64,000 nucleotides of DNA. Source: Octopus vulgaris (Eukaryota). The first letter of the stretch is position 1; every line of letters starts with the position of its first letter. Positions 57,248-64,000 of this stretch are shown here, piece after piece. Made by a program: the position numbers and the translations under genes. A model generated the notes under the pieces. It was not told the origin of the DNA, did no database searches, and worked only from the letters and a program-made list of their open reading frames with translations. The stretch covers positions 117,614,001 to 117,678,000 of the forward strand of contig OX597818.1 of assembly GCA_951406725.2 (NCBI GenBank), in the 5' to 3' direction.

Positions 57248-59155
57248 AAATAGTTGTTCTCTGTGCTGCAATGAGGTCATATCTAATTACTAAAGCATGT
57301 CTTATTTGATTCTGATATAAAACCCACTTTCACCAGCATTTATCTTTTTCGCATAAACGACATTAACAGATATTTTCAGTCACTCGTGCAAAAATCGGTG
57401 GAATTTGAACTCAAAACAAAATGCCGCCAAGCATTTCGTGCGGCGTACTAACGATTTTACCAGTTTGACGCTTTATTATAATCCTACAATATTAACCGAC
57501 AAATTAAATATTAGATATCATTAACGCAAAGTATGCAATGTATGTCAACAAAACGAACTTCAGATGGAAAGAAATGCCTTTTAACCATACTTATAATTAC
57601 ATTCGAGCATGTTCGTAGCAGTAGCAACCTCAACCATAATAACAACCATCACAACTCACGAGTAGAGCTATGCTACACACACACACGGACGACTTGAGAT
57701 ACTCGTCCTGCCTTGGTTTTTGTTGTCCTTTTTTCCTTTAATATATTCTTGCGAACTCGGATCCGAATCTGTAGCCTCAGCCGTGAACTGAGAACCTAAA
57801 AGATGACTAACAATAGTACAAACATAGCGTAAATATTCGTTTAGATCACCAATGAACTAAAACTCACATAATCTTTGTGTGTGTGTGAAAAATTAATAGA
57901 CACGGCTTTTCTGATAACTTTTCTACTTTAATAATTAAATGTTTATAAGTTTACTAAAAGTGTTGCATAAGTAGGAGTTATTATTGTCCCCATCGCCGTT
58001 CCTTTTATTTGTAAATACAAATTGTTGCAAAAGAAGAAGTGACTGTTTTTCCATTGTTAATTCTAATCCTTCTAAAATAAAAATTTTTGAAAATTTTACT
58101 CTGATATGACTTGGGTGCTTTGGCAACTAGAAATTCACAGAATTTCCTAGCCGTATGGAATCTTCACTCAAGGCGTTTTTATCTAATTTCTGCCCAATTT
58201 TTGTCACACATAGGAACAATCACACATACAGGCATTCGATCATGCACGTACGCCCTCAAATGTGTACATGCATGGACTCGTATACACGAAACATTCACGG
58301 AAGGTGCAACATTTCTCCAGCGATATCAGTTCACATATGTGACAAATACTCTGGGTCTCCTGGTAAGATACACAAATCAATGTGATTCCACGGCAAATTA
58401 ATCGGTAATTCTAATTCTCTTTTTAATACTATATATATTTACTGTGTGTTGGATCTCCTAGAAATACCACAAATCTCGTGAAGCCAGGTACAATTCGATC
58501 GTAATAAGATTTCAAATAGAATGCAGACATTCGAAGAAAAGAACAAAACACAACTCCTTTGCCATCCCGTATTATTCCTCTAGAGACATGATCACTAGCA
58601 CAATCGCTTGGAATATCAGTCTATTTACCTGGGGCAACTTGCAAGTCAACTCACTTCCTCTTTCCTTTGTCTCAATCTCAGCTTTTCTTTCAGTTTTTCT
58701 TTTGCCTGTCTCTCTGTCTCCTGTCTGTCTGTGTGTCTCTGTCTCTCTGTCTCTATCTCTGTCTCTGTGTGCCTGCCTGTCTGTCTGTCTCTCTTCTCTC
58801 AAACTTGTCATCTCTCCTTTCTCTCTCCTTCGCTCGCTCCCTGTAGCTCTTGTGCCCTTCTGTCTGGATTATCCAGATGAAAATGATGTTGCTACTCTCT
58901 TGATTTAATCTCTTAGAGCGTGTTTACCACGAAGCAAATTCCACGATCCATAACAGTCCACCATGATGTTCCGAGGTAATGTGTATTGATGTTCGTCTAT
59001 CATCCTCCCCTCTACGTCCTCCACCTTCTCTCTCTCCCTCTCTCTTTTAATTTTTTCTGTATTCTTTCATCAGCAAGTGTCTCACAAACATCTCTTTCTG
59101 CCCACCACACACAAACACACATGCACATACATATAAGCCAAAAAAAGCCACATAA

Positions 59156-59190
<35 letters not shown>

Positions 59191-59699
59191 CTCTCTCTTT
59201 CTTTATTTTTCTCTCTTACTTTCTGTCCCTCTCCCTCTCTCTTTCCCTCCCTCTCTTAAGCAGACAATTCTAATTTTCAGTTTTTAATTACTGTCCACAC
59301 GCAGACATCTCCACACATAACTTAGGCATCATATGTCAGACATGCACTACTTTTAATGGCTAAACATCTTGAAAATATTCAACAATGACAGGAATGACAG
59401 CCTACTTTCGTTCAACACCACGAAATACAAGTATTGTAAATACAGAATTAGGAGACGTACATAAATAACTCATTACATGCAAACAGTAATCAGCTAAAAA
59501 TCATCTGGTTGAAAGCCATATGAAAGTATTTTAGACTGCATCCAAGAAAAACCGATCCAAAAACACGTTAAAGCACTAGCAAAATGAGAGACTGTATTCC
59601 TCTTCCGTTTTTCTAAAGTTACTCCGACAATTTGTTCCATACTAACATTACATAAATCTCTTTTCACGGTAATTATGTTAACGGTTAACCATGGAGGAA

Positions 59700-60027
59700 G
59701 AGTAGAAGACCTCCTTCGGTCATGAATGACCATGGGATTGCACCTAGAAAGTTACCCTCCCAGGTACAAGTCCGGGCAAGGTTGTTAACGGAAGGCCAGC
59801 AGTCGCCCATGCATACCGGCGTCTCCTCTCCACGCCACTGATGTTATCCAAGGGAAAGGCAAAGGGGCCGATACAGCTTGGCACCAGTGATGTCGCAACT
59901 CATTTCTACAGCTGAGTTAACTAGAGCAACGCGGAATAAGGTGTCTTGCTCAAGAACACAACACGCAGCCTGGTCCGGGAATCGAACTCACAATCTCACG
60001 ATCGTAAGCTCGGCGCTCCAGCCACTA
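59700..60027 (-). mobile_element. tRNA-derived SINE family D
   Basis: Head TAGTGGCTGGAGCG...GAGTTCGATTCCC, CORE-like 'gtgttcttgagcaagacac', distinct 3' body ending CCCATGGTCATTCATGACCGAAGG. Confidence 0.75.
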
Positions 60028-60332
60028 TTACCCATAATCTCGTATACATAATGGGATTATGTGATTATACTCCTACTTATGTAATCCAACCCTCGTTAAA
60101 AGAATCCTTCGCTTTTCAACCATTTCTGTGAAATCTCACCCATGATCAATCTATTGAAAATGTACTCCAACCGTTCTTCGTTAAAATTGAAAATTCTTGG
60201 AATTTCATTTCTGTTTTATCTTTTCTTGCAGATATCATAAAACGTGAACTTTCAGCTCCATCATCAACTTAACCGTCTTCGCCAGCCATGGAGGATTCTT
60301 TATCATATCGACACTAACCGTTTTACTGTATA

Positions 60333-60750
60333 GGTGCAGGAGTGGCTGTGTGGTAAGTAGCTTGCTTGCCAACCACATAGTTCTGGGTTCAAGTCCCCCT
60401 GCGTGGCACCTTGGGCAAGTGTCTTCTACTATAGCCTTGGGCCGACCAAAGCCTTGTGAGTGGATTTCATAGACGGAAACTGAAAGAAGAGTTAGGGTTA
60501 GGGTATATATGTATATATATATATACGTATGTGTGTATATATGTTTGTGTGTCTGTGCTTGTCCATCCAACATCGCTTGACAACCGATGCTGGTGTGTGC
60601 TACGTCCCCGTAACTTAGCGGTTCGGCAAAAAGAGACCGTTAGAATAAGTACTAGGCTTGCAAAGAATAATTCCCGGGGTCGACCTGCTCGACTAAATAG
60701 GCAGTGCTCCAGCATGGCCGCAGTCAAATGACTGAAACAAGTAAAAGAAA
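60333..60750 (+). mobile_element. SINE family A, full length
   Basis: Head 'ggtgcaggagtggctgtgtggtaag'; tail 'ccagcatggccgcagtcaaatgactgaaacaagtaaaaga'. Confidence 0.9.
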
Positions 60751-61611
60751 AAAAAAAAGAAAATTGTTAATACATTTCCATCGTTCTATAAGCTTGTATT
60801 TCGAAATTCAATCTTTTCTGTTTCTGCCTCGAAAAAAGAAACTTTTTCTGTGTTCAATGAACATAAATGATTTAGGAAAGAGAAAAGCTGGAAATAATGT
60901 ATCGTGTCTGGATTTTGCAAAAGAGTTAAAGTTTTAGCAGAAAACTCTTCTAAGTCAGTTGTATATTATTCAGTAGACATCAAATACATAATCCCTGTAC
61001 ACAGACATAAAGTAAAGTTCTAAGGCAATATGATGTAGCATTTTAATTAGAATCCACACAAAATCGTTTGTCTCATTCGGCTTCCCGTATGAGGAATACA
61101 TTAAAGAATTATCTCTAAAATTCGAACATCACCAACGCCAAACACATTGATAAGGATAGTGAAATCTATGACGTACATTAAGAATCTAAGAATTCCATAA
61201 TAGACGTTAATAACCAAGGCGGAAAACGCTTGACAAATAAGTAGGTGGTGTCGTTTCATTTTTGTAAGCAACGCTATTCCTCTTATAGTATAGCTCAGCA
61301 AGAAGATACGACACAGTGGATTGTTATCTAACAGTTACGACAGGGGGAGCGACATAAATTAACGAGTGCTTCATTATGTTCCAAAGCAAAGGCCGGGTGG
61401 TACTGAAAGCAATGGTGTTATTTAGACCCTGCTGGAATCTTGGAATATCTAGCAGCGACTTCTTTGTTCTGTTCTCTCAACAATACTTTTATTTATGACA
61501 TGAAATTAAAGCTTAATCTGATCCCACTTGTAAGATTAAGTTAAATCTTCTAACTTTAAGCTTGTATCAATTAAGATTTTCATTGGAAAATCATATTAAA
61601 CATTCATTATA

Positions 61612-62032
61612 CTTACCTGTTTCAGCCATTTTACTGTGGCCGTGCTTGAGCACCGCCTTTAGTCGAGCAAATCGATCCCAGGACTTATTCTTTGTAATTC
61701 TAGTACTTATTCTATCGGTCTCTTTTGCCGAACCGCTAAGTTACGGGGACGTAAAAACACCAGTATCGGTTGTCAAGCGATATTGGGAGGACAAACTCAG
61801 ACACAGAAACATACACACACATAAACACACACACACACATACACATATATGTATATACACATACACACATATACGACGGGCTTCTTCCAGTTTCCGTCTC
61901 CCAAATCCACTCAGAAGGTTTTGGTCGGCCTGAGGCTACAGTAGAAGACACTTGCCCAAGGTGCCACGCGATGGGACTGAACCTGGAACCATGTGGTTCT
62001 TAAGCAAGCTATTCACCACACAGCCATTCCTA
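61612..62032 (-). mobile_element. SINE family A, full length
   Basis: Colinear with the other copies; inverted relative to 60333-60750. Confidence 0.9.
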
Positions 62033-63549
62033 TGCCACTCCTAAGTTGCAAATTTGTGACAAACTGGTGATGGCATCCATAGTTTAGTTGAAATCTGAGA
62101 AGTTATGCTGCACGAAAGGAAACTCTTGACATTTTGTAATTAGTAACTTTACAGCTAACCAGCAGCACCACCACGACCACCACCACCACCACCACCAACA
62201 ACAACAGGAAGAACAACAGCAGCAACAACAACAACAACACGGAAAATAAGTATAAACTGAAGGTACCTGATCATGTTAGCGAAGTTACGTAGCCGTGTTT
62301 TGGAGTATTTGCCTCACAAACAGAAGATTGTGAGTTCAGTTATCGGATTTAGCTTCACGTTGTGCCAAGATGCTGAAATCCCATCGTGTTGGGGGCTTCA
62401 GTAGAAGAAATATCGACAGTCTGCAGATATATTTCTTGCATGTATTATGTGTGTTTGTGTGTGTTAAGTGCTCAAATGACTTAATTTACCACAAAAGAAT
62501 AGATTATTCAATAAATGTTTTACAAATTTATGTAAACTGATTGTTTTTATATCACGACTTAATGAATGCCAGAGTTATACGTGAAGTACTTCAAGTTACA
62601 TACTGTGACAGATCAGTAATCGGACGGGCTTGCGTAGCGTAACATCCGCCACACGGCAATCACTCATTTTCAGATAACATGGCCAAACTGAAAAGGAATG
62701 TGAAAATAAAACGTTGAGAGATACTTTAAGGGAAATGGGGATAACAGCTATGTCCATTTAAGATGTTAGATGAAGAATAATATTCACGTTGAGTGTGTAC
62801 ATGGAATAAAAACAAGCCTAGTGAGGGTAGTGAAATGAGAAAAGTCTAGAGAGCGTTAAATTATGCGTCTAAGGTGAATAGTGTAAAGATTCTGATCTCG
62901 AAATTAAAAGGTTCGTGTAGTTCTTCGATTTAATAAGAATTTGTGTTCTTTCGGTTGTACAGAGCACGCTTTCATCTGTTAAGGCATGGCCTAAATGTCT
63001 GTCCGGTGTTTCACACGATGACGTATGGTTTATTGCTGTCGTTCAAATATCAGATATAGCTTGCTTGCTTTGCGTTTTACTTTTTCTCTACGTTCTCCAC
63101 AAAAGGCTGGTGTTTGATGTATCTGTATTTAAAGATAATATCTGAAAGTGTATTAGAACAAGTGTAGGTAAAGAATATCTATCATTAGTATATAAAAACT
63201 CGAGATCAGAATTTTTTTACACGACGTATGCATTTCGACAAATTTCTGTTATCGAACTGGACAACTGACCTACTCTTTAGCATCGAAACGTAGTTCAACG
63301 CATGTTAGAATTCCTCCTGTTCACCTTTAGAAAGCCTATATATTCATAGTGTATTTAGACGCTGAAGGAGGCAACAATCATCTGTCAACATAGAGCAATC
63401 ACCACGAAACTCATCACAAACACACACATGAATATATATGTATGTATATGTGTGTGTGTGTGTTTGTGCGTGTATCTGTATGTCTGCATATACCCACACA
63501 TGTATGTATGTTTGTGTAAGTATATATGAATAGATTGATTAACAGACAG

Positions 63550-63569
63550 ATCGATATATATATATATAT

Positions 63570-63617
<48 letters not shown>

Positions 63618-63688
63618 GCAGATAGATAGATGGATAGATAGGCAGATAGATAGATGGATAGATAGGCAGATAGATAGATGGATAGATG

Positions 63689-63728
<40 letters not shown>

Positions 63729-63747
63729 TATAGATAGATAGATAGAT
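63550..63747. repeat. (GATA)n tract with a 24-bp higher-order unit (3 copies)
   Basis: 'gataggcagatagatagatggata' repeated three times at about 63613-63684. Confidence 0.9.
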
Positions 63748-64000
63748 AAAAAAGACAGGTGCATATGTAACTCTAAATCAATGCCAATTACAATATTCAT
63801 TAGTACCACTGACAGTAACCACGGCAACACCAACATTAATAGCCAAAAGTAAATATCTCATTCAGCTTTCTAACTATGAGCCGTTAAACGATGCTGCTTA
63901 TTAGAACTCAGAAAACACTAAAAATTATCACAACACCAACGTCTTTGGTACATGTAAATATTAGAAGGAAAATATATTGAAGTGTAATTAGAGCAAACGT

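Noticed and set aside
60490-60504. TTAGGG repeats suggesting telomeric sequence
   Set aside because: Only two units, inside the variable tract of a SINE.

Overview
AT-rich eukaryotic DNA, intergenic or deep-intronic, with very dense microsatellites ((TA)n, (TATC)n, (CA)n, (GA)n, (TAA)n, (TATG)n). The repeat content suggests a cephalopod (Octopus-like) genome; this is an inference, not a database match. No host protein-coding gene can be called with confidence, and nearly all ORFs in the supplied track are microsatellite or SINE artefacts. Supported content: a nearly intact, 5'-truncated CR1-group LINE (50177-53105, minus; one 2-nt frameshift, one in-frame stop); a decayed Penelope-like element (23512-26445, plus) with a 2A-like NPGP peptide and GIY-YIG remnants; three R4/Dong-type fragments; a Tc1/mariner transposase remnant; hAT and Tigger-like fragments; and many copies of four tRNA-derived SINE families. 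Most notable: three fold-back elements with hammerhead-like motifs (one nearly complete type I ribozyme at about 30.55 kb), a LINE/SINE shared 3' stem-loop with a compensatory change, a LINE stop codon that A-to-I editing could recode, and a candidate recursive splice site. All alignments and folds were done by eye.
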